Assembly (NCBI RefSeq): GCF_000406145.1
Contig: NZ_CM001976.1
Coordinates: 1,057,263 to 1,089,262, forward strand
From: Dickeya dadantii NCPPB 898
GTDB lineage: Bacteria; Pseudomonadota; Gammaproteobacteria; Enterobacterales; Enterobacteriaceae
Direction of reading: 5' to 3'
Length of the DNA stretch: 32,000 nt
Shown here: positions 20,132 through 32,000 of the stretch, piece after piece
Layout of the letters: each line of letters begins with the position of its first letter
How positions within the stretch are numbered: position 1 is the stretch's first letter
Position numbers and translations under genes: made by a program
Notes under the pieces: generated by a model
Databases searched by the model: none
Seen by the model: only the letters and a program-made list of their open reading frames with translations
What the model was told of the DNA's origin: nothing

Positions 20132-22549
20132 ATGGCGATGAAAAAGTTGCTCATAGCGTCGCTGCTGTTTAGCAGCGCCACCGTATACGGTGCAGACGGG
20201 TTCGTAGTGAAAGATATTCATTTCGAGGGCCTGCAGCGGGTTGCCGTCGGTGCGGCATTGCTCAGTATGCCTGTCCGGGTGGGAGATACCGTCACTGATG
20301 AGGATATCGGTAACACCATTCGGGCTTTGTTTGCGACCGGAAACTTCGAAGATGTCCGCGTCCTGCGAGATGGGGATTCGCTGCTGATTCAGGTCAAGGA
20401 GCGTCCGACGATTGCCAGCCTGACCTTCTCCGGCAACAAGGCGGTGAAAGAGGAGATGCTCAAGGAGAATCTTGAGGCCTCCGGTGTTCGCGTCGGCGAG
20501 GCGCTGGACCGCACCACCTTGTCCAACATCGAGAAAGGGCTGGAAGATTTCTACTACAGCGTAGGTAAATACAGCGCCACGGTGAAAGCCGTCGTGACGC
20601 CGCTGCCCCGCAATCGCGTCGACCTCAAATTGGTGTTTACCGAAGGGGTATCCGCCAAGATCCAGCAAATCAACATCGTCGGCAACAAGTCCTTCAGCTC
20701 TGATGAATTGATTTCCCGTTTCCAGTTGCGTGATGAAGTACCGTGGTGGAACGTGGTCGGGGATCGCAAATACGAGAAGCAGAAACTTTCCGGCGACCTG
20801 GAAACCCTGCGCAGCTTCTATCTCGATCGCGGTTATGCGCGTTTCAACATCGACTCCACCCAGGTTAGCCTGACGCCGGACAAGAAAGGCATCTACATCA
20901 CCGTCAACATCACCGAAGGCGATCAGTACAAGCTGTCCGGCGTGGTGGTGCGCGGTAATTTGGTAGGGCATGCCACAGAAATCGAAGATTTGACCCGCGT
21001 CCAGTCGGGCGAGCTGTATAACGGCACCAAAGTGACCCGGATGGAAGAGGACATCAAAAAACTGCTGGGACGCTATGGCTATGCCTATCCCCGCGTGGTG
21101 ACCCAGCCGGAAATCAACGATACCGACAAGACCGTGCGCCTGAACATCAACGTCGATGCCGGCAATCGCTTCACCGTGCGCCGCATTCGCTTTGACGGCA
21201 ACGATGTTTCCAAAGACTCCGTACTGCGTCGCGAAATGCGTCAAATGGAAGGCGGCTGGCTCGGCAACGACCTGGTGCAACAGGGTAAAGAACGACTGAA
21301 CCGCCTGGGTTATTTCGAAAGCGTGGATGTTGAGACCCAGCGCGTGCCGGGAACTCCGGATCAGGTAGACGTAGTCTACAAGGTTAAGGAACGTAACACC
21401 GGTAGCCTTAACTTCGGTATCGGTTTTGGTACTGAAAGCGGTGTCAGCTTCCAGGCCGGCGTCCAGCAGGATAACTGGCTGGGGACGGGCAACTCGGTTG
21501 GTATCAGCGGTACCCGCAACGACTACCAGACCTATGTCGAACTGTCGATGACCGATCCGTACTTCACGGTGGATGGCGTCAGCCTCGGCGGCCGTATTTT
21601 CTACAACAACTTTAAAGCGCTGGATGCGGACCTGTCCGACTACACCAACCAAAGTTACGGTGCGGGCACGACGTTGGGCTTCCCGATCAACGAGAACAAC
21701 TCGTTGCGCGTTGGTTTGGATTATGTGCACAACTCCTTGTCCGACATGAAACCTCAGGTGGCGATGTGGCGTTATCTGAGCAAAGCCGGCGTGGATCCAG
21801 ACCCAAGTACGACGTCGAGCGCCAGTTTCGACGCCAACGACTTCTTCCTGACGTCTGGCTGGACCTACAATAACCTTGACCGCGGTTACTTCCCGACGGC
21901 GGGCAACCGCGCTAACCTGAACGCCAAGGTGACCGTGCCGGGTTCGGACAACGAATACTATAAACTGACCTTCGATTCGGCGAGTTACTTCCCGCTCAGC
22001 GAAAACCATAACTGGGTGCTGATGGCGAGAACCAAAGCCGGCTATGCCGATGGTCTGAGTGGTAAGGAAGTGCCGTTCTACGACAACTTCTTTGCCGGTG
22101 GTTCCAGTTCGGTGCGTGGTTTCCGCTCCAATACTATTGGTCCGAAAGCGGCTTACTACACCGGGTGCAGTACAGCGAACGTGTCGTCTTGCAGCATTGA
22201 CTCCACCAAAATGAGAGATGCGGTGGGCGGTAACGCGATGGCGGTCGCCAGTGCGGAACTGATCGTGCCGACGCCGTTCATTAGCGACAAGTACTCCAGT
22301 TCTATTCGTACATCTTTCTTCGTCGATGCCGGTACAGTGTGGGATACTCACTGGGAAAACACCGCTCAGACACTGGCGGCCGGCGTGCCGGATTACAGCA
22401 CGCCTGGTAATATTCGTATGTCTTCAGGTCTTGCTGTGCAATGGATGTCGCCGCTGGGGCCGCTGGTGTTCTCGTATGCCCAGCCGTTTAAGAAATACGA
22501 TGGGGATCGCTCCGAGCAGTTCCAGTTCAACATCGGTAAGACCTGGTAA
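20132..22549 (+). CDS. bamA: Outer-membrane protein assembly factor BamA
   Basis: 805 aa. [36 protein letters not shown] and the C-terminal [10 protein letters not shown] match E. coli BamA (810 aa). The two loop-6 cysteines are retained. Confidence 0.97.
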   Translation: MAMKKLLIASLLFSSATVYGADGFVVKDIHFEGLQRVAVGAALLSMPVRVGDTVTDEDIGNTIRALFATGNFEDVRVLRDGDSLLIQVKERPTIASLTFSGNKAVKEEMLKENLEASGVRVGEALDRTTLSNIEKGLEDFYYSVGKYSATVKAVVTPLPRNRVDLKLVFTEGVSAKIQQINIVGNKSFSSDELISRFQLRDEVPWWNVVGDRKYEKQKLSGDLETLRSFYLDRGYARFNIDSTQVSLTPDKKGIYITVNITEGDQYKLSGVVVRGNLVGHATEIEDLTRVQSGELYNGTKVTRMEEDIKKLLGRYGYAYPRVVTQPEINDTDKTVRLNINVDAGNRFTVRRIRFDGNDVSKDSVLRREMRQMEGGWLGNDLVQQGKERLNRLGYFESVDVETQRVPGTPDQVDVVYKVKERNTGSLNFGIGFGTESGVSFQAGVQQDNWLGTGNSVGISGTRNDYQTYVELSMTDPYFTVDGVSLGGRIFYNNFKALDADLSDYTNQSYGAGTTLGFPINENNSLRVGLDYVHNSLSDMKPQVAMWRYLSKAGVDPDPSTTSSASFDANDFFLTSGWTYNNLDRGYFPTAGNRANLNAKVTVPGSDNEYYKLTFDSASYFPLSENHNWVLMARTKAGYADGLSGKEVPFYDNFFAGGSSSVRGFRSNTIGPKAAYYTGCSTANVSSCSIDSTKMRDAVGGNAMAVASAELIVPTPFISDKYSSSIRTSFFVDAGTVWDTHWENTAQTLAAGVPDYSTPGNIRMSSGLAVQWMSPLGPLVFSYAQPFKKYDGDRSEQFQFNIGKTW

Positions 22550-22688
22550 GCAGAATTACCTGGTGTTTGGGGTTGAAAGGAAGATATACCGGCATCCGGT
22601 GGCGGTTTAAGCGTATAGCTTGGCTGCCGATGCCGCGATTACGATAAGCGCTATCAGCGCAGAAATACTTAGGGTGAGGAGTTTTAAA

Positions 22689-23186
22689 GTGAAAAAGTGG
22701 TTGTATGCCGCAGGTTTAGGTTTAACGCTGGCTGTGTCTGCCGGTGCTCAGGCTGCCGACAAGATTGCGATTGTCAACGTTTCCAGCATTTTCCAACAGT
22801 TGCCGCAGCGTGAAGCGGTAGGTAAACAGCTGGAAAACGAGTTCAAAGGCCGCGCCTCTGAACTGCAGTCCATGGAGCGTGCTCTGCAGGAAAAAATGCA
22901 GAAGTTGCAGCGTGATGGTTCTACCATGAAAGCCAGCGACCGCTCCAAGATGGAAAGCGACGTGATGGCTCAGCGCGAGCAATTCTCCAGCAAAGCTCAG
23001 GCGTTTGATCAAGACAACCGTCGTCGTCAGATGGAAGAGCGCAACAAAATCCTGAGCCGTATTCAGGACGCGGTGAAAGCGGTTGCCACTAAGCAAGGTT
23101 ATGACGTGGTTATCGACGCTAACGCGGTTGCCTATGCTGACAACGCGAAAGACATTACTGCAGATGTGCTGAAACAGGTTAAATAA
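22689..23186 (+). CDS. skp: Periplasmic chaperone Skp
   Basis: The track ORF from 22620 is over-extended. GTG 22689 is preceded by GTGAGGAG and gives (M)[29 protein letters not shown]. That N-terminus is signal-peptide-like and aligns to E. coli Skp; 165 aa here against 161 in E. coli. Confidence 0.92.
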   Translation: MKKWLYAAGLGLTLAVSAGAQAADKIAIVNVSSIFQQLPQREAVGKQLENEFKGRASELQSMERALQEKMQKLQRDGSTMKASDRSKMESDVMAQREQFSSKAQAFDQDNRRRQMEERNKILSRIQDAVKAVATKQGYDVVIDANAVAYADNAKDITADVLKQVK

Positions 23187-23189
23187 TTC

Positions 23190-24212
23190 ATGTTTTCAAT
23201 TCGACTGGACGCCTTGGCTCAACAGTTGGATGCACAATTACACGGTGATGGCGATATCGTCATCACCGCTGTTGCTTCTATGCATTCAGCGCAGGCAGGA
23301 CAGATTACGTTTTTATCCGATAGCCGCTATCGTGAGCAACTGAACAGCACTCAGGCTTCCGCCGTGGTGCTGACAGAGGCCGATTTGCCGTTTTGCGACA
23401 CGGCTGCTCTGGTGGTAAAGAATCCTTATTTGGCCTATGCGCGTATGGCGCAGTTGATGGATACAACGCCAGCGCCTGCACAGGGGATCTCACCTTCCGC
23501 GGTGATTGCTCCTGATGCGCGTTTAGGAGATGGGGTTTCGGTGGGTGCGAATGCTGTTATCGAATCCGGCGTGGAACTGGGTAATGGCGCGATCGTTGGC
23601 GCGGGCTGCTTTATCGGCAAGAATGCCCGTATCGGGGCTGGAACCCGGTTATGGGCCAACGTCACGATTTACCATAACGTTGTGTTGGGCGAACAATGCT
23701 TGATTCAGTCCGGTGCGGTCATCGGTTCGGATGGCTTCGGTTACGCCAACGATCGCGGTAATTGGATCAAAATTCCCCAGTTGGGAACGGTCATCATCGG
23801 CGATCGTGTCGAGATCGGCGCGAGTACCACCATCGATCGTGGCGCGTTGGACGATACCATTATTGGTAACGGTGTCATCATTGATAACCAATGTCAGATT
23901 GCACACAACGTTGTGATTGGGGACAATACCGCGGTTGCTGGCGGGGTCATCATGGCGGGCAGTCTGAAGATTGGCCGTTACTGTATGATTGGCGGCGCCA
24001 GTGTGATCAATGGTCACATGGAGATTTGCGACAAGGTCACAGTCACAGGGATGGGGATGGTCATGCGGCCGATCACTGAGCCGGGGGTTTATTCTTCCGG
24101 TATCCCATTGCAGCCGAACAAGGTCTGGCGTAAGACTGCTGCGCTGGTGATGAATATTGACGAGATGAGCAAACGGCTCAAAGCTGTCGAGCGTAAGCTC
24201 GAAGACCGTTAA
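23190..24212 (+). CDS. lpxD: UDP-3-O-(3-hydroxymyristoyl)glucosamine N-acyltransferase
   Basis: 340 aa, with hexapeptide repeats. The long C-terminal identity to E. coli LpxD includes [62 protein letters not shown]. Confidence 0.96.
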   Translation: MFSIRLDALAQQLDAQLHGDGDIVITAVASMHSAQAGQITFLSDSRYREQLNSTQASAVVLTEADLPFCDTAALVVKNPYLAYARMAQLMDTTPAPAQGISPSAVIAPDARLGDGVSVGANAVIESGVELGNGAIVGAGCFIGKNARIGAGTRLWANVTIYHNVVLGEQCLIQSGAVIGSDGFGYANDRGNWIKIPQLGTVIIGDRVEIGASTTIDRGALDDTIIGNGVIIDNQCQIAHNVVIGDNTAVAGGVIMAGSLKIGRYCMIGGASVINGHMEICDKVTVTGMGMVMRPITEPGVYSSGIPLQPNKVWRKTAALVMNIDEMSKRLKAVERKLEDR

Positions 24213-24276
24213 TCACCCGTATTCGCAACCTGCGTTTCGGATGCAAGACTGGCGCCATGTGCGCAATTTTTATTTG

Positions 24277-24320
24277 CGGCCTGCATGTTGTTCCTCCCTT
24301 GTTGGGGAATGTGCAGGCCG
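24277..24320 (+). other. Strong stem-loop in the lpxD-fabZ spacer
   Basis: CGGCCTGCA (24277-24285) and TGCAGGCCG (24312-24320) form a perfect 9-bp stem. Inner pairing joins TTCC.CC (24291-24297) to GGGGAA (24304-24309). No T-tract follows. Confidence 0.5.
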
Positions 24321-24360
24321 TGTTGTTGATGCTATCGTTTTTATTGACAGGAAGAGTATT

Positions 24361-24816
24361 TTGAATACAGACACGCATACTCTGCATATTGAAGAGATTC
24401 TGGATCTACTACCGCACCGCTATCCGTTCTTGCTGGTGGATCGTGTACTGGATTTTGAGAAAGGAAAATTCCTGCGCGCGGTAAAAAATGTCTCTTTTAA
24501 CGAGCCGTTCTTTCAGGGGCATTTCCCAGGCAAACCGATTTTCCCCGGCGTGCTGATTCTGGAAGCCATGGCTCAGGCTACCGGCATTCTGGCGTTCAAG
24601 AGCCTGGGCAAACTGGAACCGGGCGAGCTGTACTATTTTGCCGCCGTAGACGAAGCGCGTTTCAAACGTCCTGTGGCGCCCGGCGATCAAATGATCCTGG
24701 AAGTCGAGTTCCTCAAGGAACGCCGCGGTATTGCACGATTCAAAGGCGTTGCCAAAGTTGATGGCGAAATTGCTTGTGAAGCTGAAATGATGTGCGCTCG
24801 TCGTCGGGAGGGCTGA
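24361..24816 (+). CDS. fabZ: 3-hydroxyacyl-ACP dehydratase FabZ
   Basis: The track ORF from 24241 is over-extended. TTG 24361 is preceded by AGGAAGAG and gives (M)[28 protein letters not shown] and 151 aa, the same length as E. coli FabZ, whose gene I also recall starting with TTG. Confidence 0.92.
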   Translation: MNTDTHTLHIEEILDLLPHRYPFLLVDRVLDFEKGKFLRAVKNVSFNEPFFQGHFPGKPIFPGVLILEAMAQATGILAFKSLGKLEPGELYYFAAVDEARFKRPVAPGDQMILEVEFLKERRGIARFKGVAKVDGEIACEAEMMCARRREG

Positions 24817-24819
24817 TTT

Positions 24820-25608
24820 GTGATTGATCAAACCGCCTTTATTCACCCCAGTTCCATTGTTGAAGATGGTGCTGTCATCGGCGCCGGTGTGCATATTGGG
24901 CCGTTCTGCCATATCGGTGCGCAGGTTGAGATCGGCGCGGGTACGGTACTGAAATCTCATGTCGTCATTAACGGTATCACCAAGATTGGTTGTGATAACG
25001 AAATCTATCAGTTTGTCACTATTGGTGAAGTCAATCAGGACCTGAAATACGCAGGCGAGCCTACTCGTGTTGAAGTGGGCGACCGTAACCGTATCCGTGA
25101 AAGCGTGACCATTCATCGTGGCACAGCGCAGGGCGGCGGGTTGACTAAAGTCGGTAATGATAACCTGCTGATGATCAATACGCATGTCGCTCATGACTGT
25201 GCCATCGGCAATCGCTGTATTCTGGCGAACAACGCCACGCTGGGCGGTCATGTCTCCATTGATGATTTCGCGATTATTGGCGGCATGACGGCGGTGCATC
25301 AGTTCTGCGTCATTGGCGCGCACGTGATGGTGGGCGGCTGCTCTGGTGTGGCGCAGGACGTCCCGCCGTATCTGATCGCACAGGGTAACCATGCCACGCC
25401 GTTCGGCATCAACATCGAAGGGCTGAAACGCCGTGGGTTTGAAAAAGAGACCCTGCATGCTATCCGCAACGCTTACAAGCTGATCTATCGCAGCGGCAGA
25501 ACGCTGGACGAAGTGAAAGCCGATCTCGAAGCGCTGGCGGCGGAGCACCCGGCGGTGCAGGCATACCTCGATTTCTTTACCCGCTCGACGCGCGGCATTA
25601 TTCGCTGA
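24820..25608 (+). CDS. lpxA: Acyl-ACP--UDP-N-acetylglucosamine O-acyltransferase
   Basis: GTG start at 24820, 3 nt after the fabZ stop. 262 aa, the same as E. coli LpxA, with [18 protein letters not shown] and hexapeptide repeats. Confidence 0.96.
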   Translation: MIDQTAFIHPSSIVEDGAVIGAGVHIGPFCHIGAQVEIGAGTVLKSHVVINGITKIGCDNEIYQFVTIGEVNQDLKYAGEPTRVEVGDRNRIRESVTIHRGTAQGGGLTKVGNDNLLMINTHVAHDCAIGNRCILANNATLGGHVSIDDFAIIGGMTAVHQFCVIGAHVMVGGCSGVAQDVPPYLIAQGNHATPFGINIEGLKRRGFEKETLHAIRNAYKLIYRSGRTLDEVKADLEALAAEHPAVQAYLDFFTRSTRGIIR

Positions 25609-25611
25609 GTT

Positions 25612-26760
25612 ATGGCACAGCGTCCCCTGACTATCGGACTGGTCGCCGGAGAAACCTCCGGCGATATTCTTGGCGCAGGTCTGATTCGCGCGCTGAAAAC
25701 GCACGTGCCCGACGCTCGCTTTGTCGGTGTGGCCGGGCCGCGTATGCAAGCGGAAGGCTGTGAAGCCTGGTACGAGATGGAGGAGTTGGCGGTGATGGGC
25801 GTGGTTGAGGTGCTGGGGCGCCTGCCGCGTTTACTGAAAATCCGCCGTGACTTGACCCAGCGCTTCAGCGAATTGCAACCGGATGTGTTTGTCGGTATCG
25901 ACGCCCCCGATTTCAACATTACTCTGGAAGGCCGTCTCAAGCGCAATGGCATAAAAACCATTCACTATGTCAGCCCATCGGTATGGGCGTGGCGACAGAA
26001 ACGCGTCTTCAAGATAGGCAAAGCCACCGATCTGGTGCTGGCATTTTTGCCATTCGAGAAAGCGTTTTACGATCGTTTCAATGTCCCTTGCCGTTTTATC
26101 GGCCATACCATGGCGGATGCGATGCCGTTGCATCCGGACAAAGCCGCGGCCCGGCGAGCGCTGGGGCTGGCGGAGGATGCGCGTTGTCTGGCGATATTGC
26201 CCGGCAGCCGCAGCGCCGAAGTGGAAATGCTGAGCGCCGATTTTCTAAAAACGGCGCAATTGCTGCGACAAACCTATCCTGGGTTGGAAGTCGTGGTGCC
26301 GCTGGTCAACCAACGCCGCCGCGAACAGTTTGAACGGGTTAAAGCCGAGGTTGCGCCGGAGATGGATGTCCATTTGCTGGATGGGCAGGCGCGTGAGGCG
26401 ATGACCGCCAGCGACGCCACACTGCTCGCGTCCGGTACGGCCGCGCTGGAGTGCATGCTGGCGAAGAGTCCGATGGTGGTTGGATATCGGATGAAGCCTT
26501 TCACGTTCTGGCTGGCGAAACGACTGGTGAAAACGCCGTGGGTGTCGTTGCCCAATTTACTGGCCGGGCGCGAGCTGGTCAGGGAATTGCTGCAGGATGA
26601 CTGCACGCCTGACAAGCTGTCAGCGGCGCTGCAGCCCTGGCTGGCGGGTGGTGAAGCGGCGCAGCAATTGCAGCAGGTCTTCTTGCACCTGCATGAGCAG
26701 ATTCGATGCGACGCCGATGAACAGGCGGCGCAGGCTGTACTGGAGCTGTGGCGGTCATGA
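25612..26760 (+). CDS. lpxB: Lipid-A-disaccharide synthase
   Basis: 382 aa, the same as E. coli Lpx[27 protein letters not shown] is present. Confidence 0.96.
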   Translation: MAQRPLTIGLVAGETSGDILGAGLIRALKTHVPDARFVGVAGPRMQAEGCEAWYEMEELAVMGVVEVLGRLPRLLKIRRDLTQRFSELQPDVFVGIDAPDFNITLEGRLKRNGIKTIHYVSPSVWAWRQKRVFKIGKATDLVLAFLPFEKAFYDRFNVPCRFIGHTMADAMPLHPDKAAARRALGLAEDARCLAILPGSRSAEVEMLSADFLKTAQLLRQTYPGLEVVVPLVNQRRREQFERVKAEVAPEMDVHLLDGQAREAMTASDATLLASGTAALECMLAKSPMVVGYRMKPFTFWLAKRLVKTPWVSLPNLLAGRELVRELLQDDCTPDKLSAALQPWLAGGEAAQQLQQVFLHLHEQIRCDADEQAAQAVLELWRS

Positions 26761-27353
26761 GTGAGGCTTTTGTTTATCCCCCGGCGCATTGTATTGCCGG
26801 CGTGGATGAAGTGGGGCGCGGCCCGCTGGTAGGCGCGGTGGTGACGGCGGCGGTCATTCTGGACCCTAACCGGCCGATTGCCGGGTTGGCGGATTCCAAA
26901 ACGCTTAGCGAGAAACGCCGTCTGGCGCTGTACGACGAAATCAGTGAAAAAGCGCTGGCCTGGAGCCTTGGTCGCGCCGAACCGGAAGAGATCGATTCGC
27001 TCAACATCCTGCACGCCACCATGCTGGCGATGCAGCGCGCGGTAGCCGGATTGCCCATTACACCGGATTTTGTGCTGATCGACGGTAATCGCTGCCCGTC
27101 TTTGCCGATGCCGTCGCAGGCGGTGGTCAAAGGCGACAGTCGGGTGGCGGAAATCAGCGCGGCCTCGATTCTGGCCAAAGTGACGCGAGATCGTGAAATG
27201 GAAGTGCTGGACCAGCAGTTTCCAGAGTATGGATTTGCGCAGCACAAGGGGTATCCTACGGCGTATCATCTTGAAAAGCTGGCGACGCTGGGCGCCACCC
27301 TTCATCACAGGCGCAGTTTCGCCCCGGTCAAACGGGCGCTGGGCCTGGCATAA
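26757..27353 (+). CDS. rnhB: Ribonuclease HII
   Basis: ATG 26757 overlaps the lpxB stop as ATGA. It gives MSEAFVYPP.. and 198 aa, the E. coli RnhB length. The track start at GTG 26748 adds 3 codons and cannot be excluded. The [22 protein letters not shown] motif is present. Confidence 0.88.
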   Translation: MSEAFVYPPAHCIAGVDEVGRGPLVGAVVTAAVILDPNRPIAGLADSKTLSEKRRLALYDEISEKALAWSLGRAEPEEIDSLNILHATMLAMQRAVAGLPITPDFVLIDGNRCPSLPMPSQAVVKGDSRVAEISAASILAKVTRDREMEVLDQQFPEYGFAQHKGYPTAYHLEKLATLGATLHHRRSFAPVKRALGLA

Positions 27354-27428
27354 CGCAAACGCATAAAACGCATATGTGCCTGATGTTGTTCACCAGGCGG
27401 GTTACTGAAGAGATTATGGGATCCGGAA

Positions 27429-30400
27429 ATGGCCGAACCACGTTTTGTTCACCTGCGTGTTCACAGTGACTATTCCATGATCGATGGGCTGGCGAAAACC
27501 GGCCCGTTGGTAAAAAAAGCGGCTGCGCTGGGCATGCCGGCGCTGGCGATCACCGATTTTACCAACCTGTGCGGGCTGGTGAAATTCTATGGCGGCGCGC
27601 ATGGCGCCGGCATCAAGCCGATCATCGGCGCGGATTTTTATCTGCAGAGTGAAGAGCTAGGCGACGAACTGGCGCACCTCACCATTCTGGCGATGAACAA
27701 TGAAGGTTATCAGAACCTGACGCTGCTGATTTCCCGCGCCTATCAGCGCGGGTACGGTGCCGACGGGCCGACGATTGATCGGGCATGGCTGGTAGAACAT
27801 CAGGCTGGATTGCTGCTGTTGTCCGGCGGGCGTCATGGCGACATCGGCAAGTTTCTGCTGCGCGGCAATCAGGTGCTGGTGGAACAAAGCGTCGCCTTTT
27901 ATCAACAGCATTTTCCGCAGCGGTTTTATCTGGAGCTGGTTCGCACCGGTAGGCCGGATGAGGAAAGCTACCTGCATGCAGCGGTAGAGCTGGCGACCGC
28001 GCACGGCTTACCGGTCGTCGCCACCAACGATGTCTGCTTTATCAGTCAGGATGACTTCGAGGCCCATGAGATCCGCGTGGCGATTCATGACGGCTTCACG
28101 CTGGACGACCCGAAACGCCCCAAAAATTATAGCGTGCAGCAGTACATGCGCAGCGAGGAGGAGATGTGCGAGCTGTTCGCCGATATCCCCGAAGCGCTCA
28201 TCAACACGGTGGAGATCGCCAAACGCTGTAACGTCACTATCCGGCTCGGCGAGTATTTCCTGCCGCAATTCCCGACCGGCGACATGTCGACCGAAGATTA
28301 TCTGGTGATGTGCTCTAAAAAAGGGCTGGAAGAACGTCTGACGTTCCTGTTCCCGGATGAGGAGGTTCGCGCTCAGCGCCGCCCGGAATACGACGAACGT
28401 CTGGAAATTGAACTCAACGTCATCAACCAGATGGGCTTCCCCGGCTACTTCCTGATCGTAATGGAGTTTATCCAGTGGTCGAAGGACAACGACGTGCCGG
28501 TAGGGCCGGGACGAGGCTCCGGCGCCGGTTCGCTGGTGGCGTATGCGCTGAAAATCACCGATCTGGATCCGCTGGAATTCGACCTGCTGTTCGAACGTTT
28601 CCTTAACCCGGAACGTGTGTCGATGCCTGACTTTGACGTCGACTTTTGCATGGAAAAACGCGATCTGGTGATTGATCACGTGGCGGACATGTACGGCCGC
28701 GACGCGGTGTCGCAAATCATCACCTTCGGCACCATGGCGGCTAAAGCGGTTATTCGCGACGTCGGTCGGGTGCTGGGGCATCCGTACGGCTTTGTCGACC
28801 GCATTTCCAAACTGGTGCCGCCCGACCCGGGCATGACGCTGGAGAAAGCCTTCGCCGCCGAGCCGCAGCTGGGCGAAATTTACGAAGCGGATGAAGAGGT
28901 TAAGGCGCTGATCGACATGGCGCGCAAACTGGAAGGGGTGACCCGCAACGCCGGCAAGCACGCCGGGGGCGTAGTGATTTCGCCGACCAAAATTACCGAC
29001 TTTGCGCCGCTGTACTGCGACCCGGAAGGCAATCACCCGGTCACTCAGTTCGACAAGAGCGACGTGGAATACGCCGGTCTGGTGAAATTCGACTTCCTCG
29101 GCCTGCGCACGTTGACCATCATCAACTGGGCGCTGGAGATGATCAACGCCCGGCGCGCTAAGCAGGAGCTGGAGCCGATAGACATTGCGGCCATCCCGCT
29201 GGACGACAAGAAAAGCTTCGATATGCTGCAGCGCTCGGAAACCACGGCGGTGTTCCAGCTTGAATCGCGCGGCATGAAAGACCTGATCAAACGCCTTAAG
29301 CCGGACTGTTTTGAGGATATGATCGCGCTGGTGGCACTGTTCCGTCCGGGGCCGCTGCAGTCAGGCATGGTGGATAACTTCATCGACCGTAAGCACGGGC
29401 GCGAAGCGATTTCCTACCCGGATATCGAGTGGCAGCACGAGACGCTGAAGCCGGTGCTGGAGCCGACCTATGGTATCATCCTGTATCAGGAACAGGTGAT
29501 GCAGATTGCCCAGGTGCTGGCGGGGTATACCCTCGGCGGCGCGGATATGCTGCGCCGTGCGATGGGTAAGAAAAAACCCGAAGAGATGGCCAAGCAGCGC
29601 TCGGTGTTTAAAGAGGGCGCGGAGACGATGGGCGTCGACGGCGAGCTGTCGATGAAAATCTTCGACCTGGTGGAGAAATTCGCCGGTTACGGCTTCAACA
29701 AGTCGCATTCGGCCGCCTACGCGCTGGTATCGTATCAGACGCTGTGGCTGAAGGCCCATTACCCGGCGGAGTTCATGGCGGCGGTGATGACCGCGGATAT
29801 GGACAACACCGACAAGATCGTCGGGCTGGTGGACGAATGCTGGCGCATGGGGCTGAAGATCCTGCCGCCGGATATCAATAGCGGTTTATACCATTTCCAC
29901 GTCAACGATGACGGCGAGATCGTCTACGGCATCGGCGCCATCAAAGGCGTGGGGGAAGGGCCGATCGAGGCCATCATCGAAGCGCGTAATAACGATGGCT
30001 ATTTCCGTGATTTGTTTGATCTGTGCGCCCGTACCGATATCAAGAAACTGAACCGGCGGGTGCTGGAAAAACTGATCATGTCCGGCGCATTCGACCGGCT
30101 GGGGCCGCATCGGGCGGCGCTGATGAATTCGCTGGCGGACGCCATGAAGTCGGCGGAACAGCACGCGAAGGCAGAGGCCATCGGTCAGGCGGATATGTTC
30201 GGGGTGCTGGCGGAAACGCCTGAACAGGTGGAGCAGTCCTACAGCACGGTGCCGCCGTGGCCGGAACAGGTAGTGCTGGACGGCGAAAGGGAAACGCTGG
30301 GCTTGTACTTAACCGGGCATCCCATCAACCAATATCTGAAGGAAATTGAACGCTATGCGGGAGGCGTGCGTTTAAAAGACATGCATCCCACGGAGCGGGG

Positions 30401-30911
30401 AAAAATGACCACCGCCGTCGGGCTGGTGCTTGCCGCCCGGGTGATGGTGACCAAACGGGGCAACCGTATTGGCGTCTGCACGCTGGATGATCGTTCTGGT
30501 CGTCTGGAAGTCATGCTGTTTACCGACGCGCTGGACAAATATCAGCACCTGCTGGAGCAGGATCGTATTTTGATTGCCAGCGGACAGGTCAGCTTTGATG
30601 ACTTCAGCGGTGGACTTAAAATGACGGTCAGAGAGCTAATGGATATCAGCGAAGCGCGGGAAAAATACGCGCGCGGGCTTGCTATCTCGCTGACTGACAG
30701 GCAAATTGATGACCAGTTGTTAAACCGTCTCCGTCAGTCGTTGGAACCCCATCGATCGGGGACGATTCCGGTGCATCTCTACTACCAGCGCCAGGATGCG
30801 CGTGCCCGGCTACGTTTCGGTGCGGCATGGCGTATCACGCCCACCGATGGGTTGTTGAATGATTTACGTACCCTGGTTGGTAATGAACAGGTAGAACTGG
30901 AATTTGACTAA
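27429..30911 (+). CDS. dnaE: DNA polymerase III alpha subunit
   Basis: 1160 aa, identical in length to E. coli Dna[25 protein letters not shown] and extensive identity throughout. Confidence 0.98.
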   Translation: MAEPRFVHLRVHSDYSMIDGLAKTGPLVKKAAALGMPALAITDFTNLCGLVKFYGGAHGAGIKPIIGADFYLQSEELGDELAHLTILAMNNEGYQNLTLLISRAYQRGYGADGPTIDRAWLVEHQAGLLLLSGGRHGDIGKFLLRGNQVLVEQSVAFYQQHFPQRFYLELVRTGRPDEESYLHAAVELATAHGLPVVATNDVCFISQDDFEAHEIRVAIHDGFTLDDPKRPKNYSVQQYMRSEEEMCELFADIPEALINTVEIAKRCNVTIRLGEYFLPQFPTGDMSTEDYLVMCSKKGLEERLTFLFPDEEVRAQRRPEYDERLEIELNVINQMGFPGYFLIVMEFIQWSKDNDVPVGPGRGSGAGSLVAYALKITDLDPLEFDLLFERFLNPERVSMPDFDVDFCMEKRDLVIDHVADMYGRDAVSQIITFGTMAAKAVIRDVGRVLGHPYGFVDRISKLVPPDPGMTLEKAFAAEPQLGEIYEADEEVKALIDMARKLEGVTRNAGKHAGGVVISPTKITDFAPLYCDPEGNHPVTQFDKSDVEYAGLVKFDFLGLRTLTIINWALEMINARRAKQELEPIDIAAIPLDDKKSFDMLQRSETTAVFQLESRGMKDLIKRLKPDCFEDMIALVALFRPGPLQSGMVDNFIDRKHGREAISYPDIEWQHETLKPVLEPTYGIILYQEQVMQIAQVLAGYTLGGADMLRRAMGKKKPEEMAKQRSVFKEGAETMGVDGELSMKIFDLVEKFAGYGFNKSHSAAYALVSYQTLWLKAHYPAEFMAAVMTADMDNTDKIVGLVDECWRMGLKILPPDINSGLYHFHVNDDGEIVYGIGAIKGVGEGPIEAIIEARNNDGYFRDLFDLCARTDIKKLNRRVLEKLIMSGAFDRLGPHRAALMNSLADAMKSAEQHAKAEAIGQADMFGVLAETPEQVEQSYSTVPPWPEQVVLDGERETLGLYLTGHPINQYLKEIERYAGGVRLKDMHPTERGKMTTAVGLVLAARVMVTKRGNRIGVCTLDDRSGRLEVMLFTDALDKYQHLLEQDRILIASGQVSFDDFSGGLKMTVRELMDISEAREKYARGLAISLTDRQIDDQLLNRLRQSLEPHRSGTIPVHLYYQRQDARARLRFGAAWRITPTDGLLNDLRTLVGNEQVELEFD

Positions 30912-30923
30912 AATAGGAATACT

Positions 30924-31883
30924 ATGAGTCTGAATTTTCTTGATTTTGAGCAGCCGATTGCAGAGTTGGAAGCAAAGATTGATTCCCTGACCGCAGTCAG
31001 CCGCCAAGATGAAAAATTGGATATTAATCTGGATGAAGAAGTTAAGCGTCTGCGCGAAAAGAGCGTAGAACTGACGCGCAAAATCTTCGCCGATCTGGGT
31101 GCCTGGCAGATTGCCCAACTGGCGCGCCATCCACAGCGTCCTTATACCCTGGACTACGTTCAGCACATTTTCTCCGACTTTGACGAGCTGGCTGGCGATC
31201 GCGCTTATGCCGATGACAAGGCGATCGTCGGGGGCATCGCCCGTCTTGACGGACGTCCGGTGATGATTATTGGTCATCAGAAAGGCCGTGAAACCAAAGA
31301 AAAAATCCGTCGCAATTTCGGGATGCCGGCGCCAGAAGGTTACCGCAAGGCGCTGCGCCTGATGGAGATGGCCGAACGCTTCAAAATGCCGATCATCACC
31401 TTTATCGACACCCCAGGCGCGTATCCGGGCGTGGGGGCGGAAGAGCGCGGCCAGTCCGAAGCGATCGCCCGCAACCTGCGTGAAATGTCCAGCCTGAGCG
31501 TGCCGATCGTTTGTACTGTGATCGGCGAAGGTGGCTCCGGCGGCGCGCTGGCTATCGGTGTCGGCGACAAGGTGAACATGCTGCAATACAGCACCTATTC
31601 GGTTATTTCGCCGGAAGGCTGCGCCTCGATTCTGTGGAAAAGCGCCGACAAAGCGCCGCTGGCCGCGGAAGCGATGGGGATTACCGCACCGCGTCTGAAA
31701 GAGCTGAAGCTGATTGACTCGGTGATCCCGGAACCGCTGGGCTCAGCCCACCGTGATGTAGCGGCGATGGCCGCATCGCTGAAATCCCAGTTACTGTCCG
31801 ATTTGAACGAGCTGGATACGCTGAGCGAACAGGAATTGCTGAACCGCCGTTACCAGCGTTTGATGAATTACGGCTACTGCTGA
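30924..31883 (+). CDS. accA: Acetyl-CoA carboxylase carboxyltransferase alpha subunit
   Basis: 319 aa, the same as E. coli Acc[41 protein letters not shown] is present, and the gene starts 12 nt after dnaE. Confidence 0.97.
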   Translation: MSLNFLDFEQPIAELEAKIDSLTAVSRQDEKLDINLDEEVKRLREKSVELTRKIFADLGAWQIAQLARHPQRPYTLDYVQHIFSDFDELAGDRAYADDKAIVGGIARLDGRPVMIIGHQKGRETKEKIRRNFGMPAPEGYRKALRLMEMAERFKMPIITFIDTPGAYPGVGAEERGQSEAIARNLREMSSLSVPIVCTVIGEGGSGGALAIGVGDKVNMLQYSTYSVISPEGCASILWKSADKAPLAAEAMGITAPRLKELKLIDSVIPEPLGSAHRDVAAMAASLKSQLLSDLNELDTLSEQELLNRRYQRLMNYGYC

Positions 31884-31907
31884 TTTACCTCGCTATGCAT
31901 CAAACAA

Positions 31908-31938
31908 GTCCGCGATTGGGAACGATCGCGGACTTTTT
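31908..31938 (+). terminator. Rho-independent terminator of accA
   Basis: GTCCGCGAT (31908-31916), an 8-nt loop and ATCGCGGAC (31925-31933) form a perfect 9-bp stem. TTTTT follows at 31934-31938. Confidence 0.85.
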
Positions 31939-32000
31939 GTTATGCTGATAACGCTTTTAGGCGATGCGCCATCCCTGCGGCGGCGTATTGCACGATCTGC

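Noticed and set aside
20075-22351. 758-aa ORF on the minus strand, almost fully antisense to bamA
   Set aside because: It is a mirror-frame ORF inside a gene whose plus-strand product is unmistakably BamA. The translation is low-complexity and rich in R, G, V, A and H, with no recognisable domain. Absence of stops in the antisense frame is expected with GC-rich third positions. The same applies to 24409..25749, 26274..27308, 28008..29036, 12050..12718, 13015..13812, 578..1456, 7512..8135, 9878..10630, 10996..11832, 17665..18396 and 30864..31586.
22550-22688. Small hairpins in the bamA-skp spacer (ACCGG-CAT-CCGGT near 22588-22600; GCGCT-ATC-AGCGC near 22648-22660)
   Set aside because: The stems are only 5 bp with no U-tracts, which is too weak to call as terminators or regulatory structures.
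27354-27428. Three ACGCA repeats (ACGCAAACGCATAAAACGCATA) in the rnhB-dnaE spacer
   Set aside because: The pentamer repeats are very short and irregularly spaced, no known binding-site family is recognised, and chance explains them.
31940-32000. Possible 3' end of a convergent minus-strand CDS after the accA terminator
   Set aside because: Two minus-strand frames stay open to the window edge, with stops at 31940-31942 and 31957-31959. Only about 15-20 codons are visible, so neither the frame nor the identity can be supported.

Overview
This window is ordinary core genome from an Enterobacterales chromosome. The translated ORFs track E. coli K-12 orthologues closely, and GC looks to be in the mid-50s % by eye. 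The genus cannot be fixed without a database search; Pectobacteriaceae-like is only a guess.

There are two conserved blocks:
- Block 1 (1-6812): ygdD-rlmM, xni-ppnN on the minus strand, then syd-csrB-yqcC-truC-yqcA.
- Block 2 (6913-31883): yaeH-dapD-glnD-map on the minus strand, then rpsB-tsf-pyrH-frr-dxr-uppS-cdsA-rseP-bamA-skp-lpxD-fabZ-lpxA-lpxB-rnhB-dnaE-accA.

I call 29 intact CDS and found no frameshifts or pseudogenes. I recognised no tRNA or rRNA genes, CRISPR arrays, transposases, integrases, phage genes or defence-type genes.

The main thing an ORF-only view misses is a CsrB/RsmB-family sRNA at about 4774-5117. It carries 21 GGA motifs, has a tandem UvrY/GacA-type box pair upstream and ends in a clean intrinsic terminator.

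Several ORF-track entries over-extend upstream. The real starts are internal and often non-ATG (syd, yqcC, truC, frr, skp, fabZ, rnhB).

I do not see evidence for a previously undescribed system here. The findings are small-scale: regulatory RNA architecture, a candidate promoter-plus-terminator unit between dxr and uppS, a structured lpxD-fabZ spacer, a micro-duplication at the dapD 3' end, and synteny differences from E. coli. All ortholog comparisons are from memory of E. coli sequences, not from a search.
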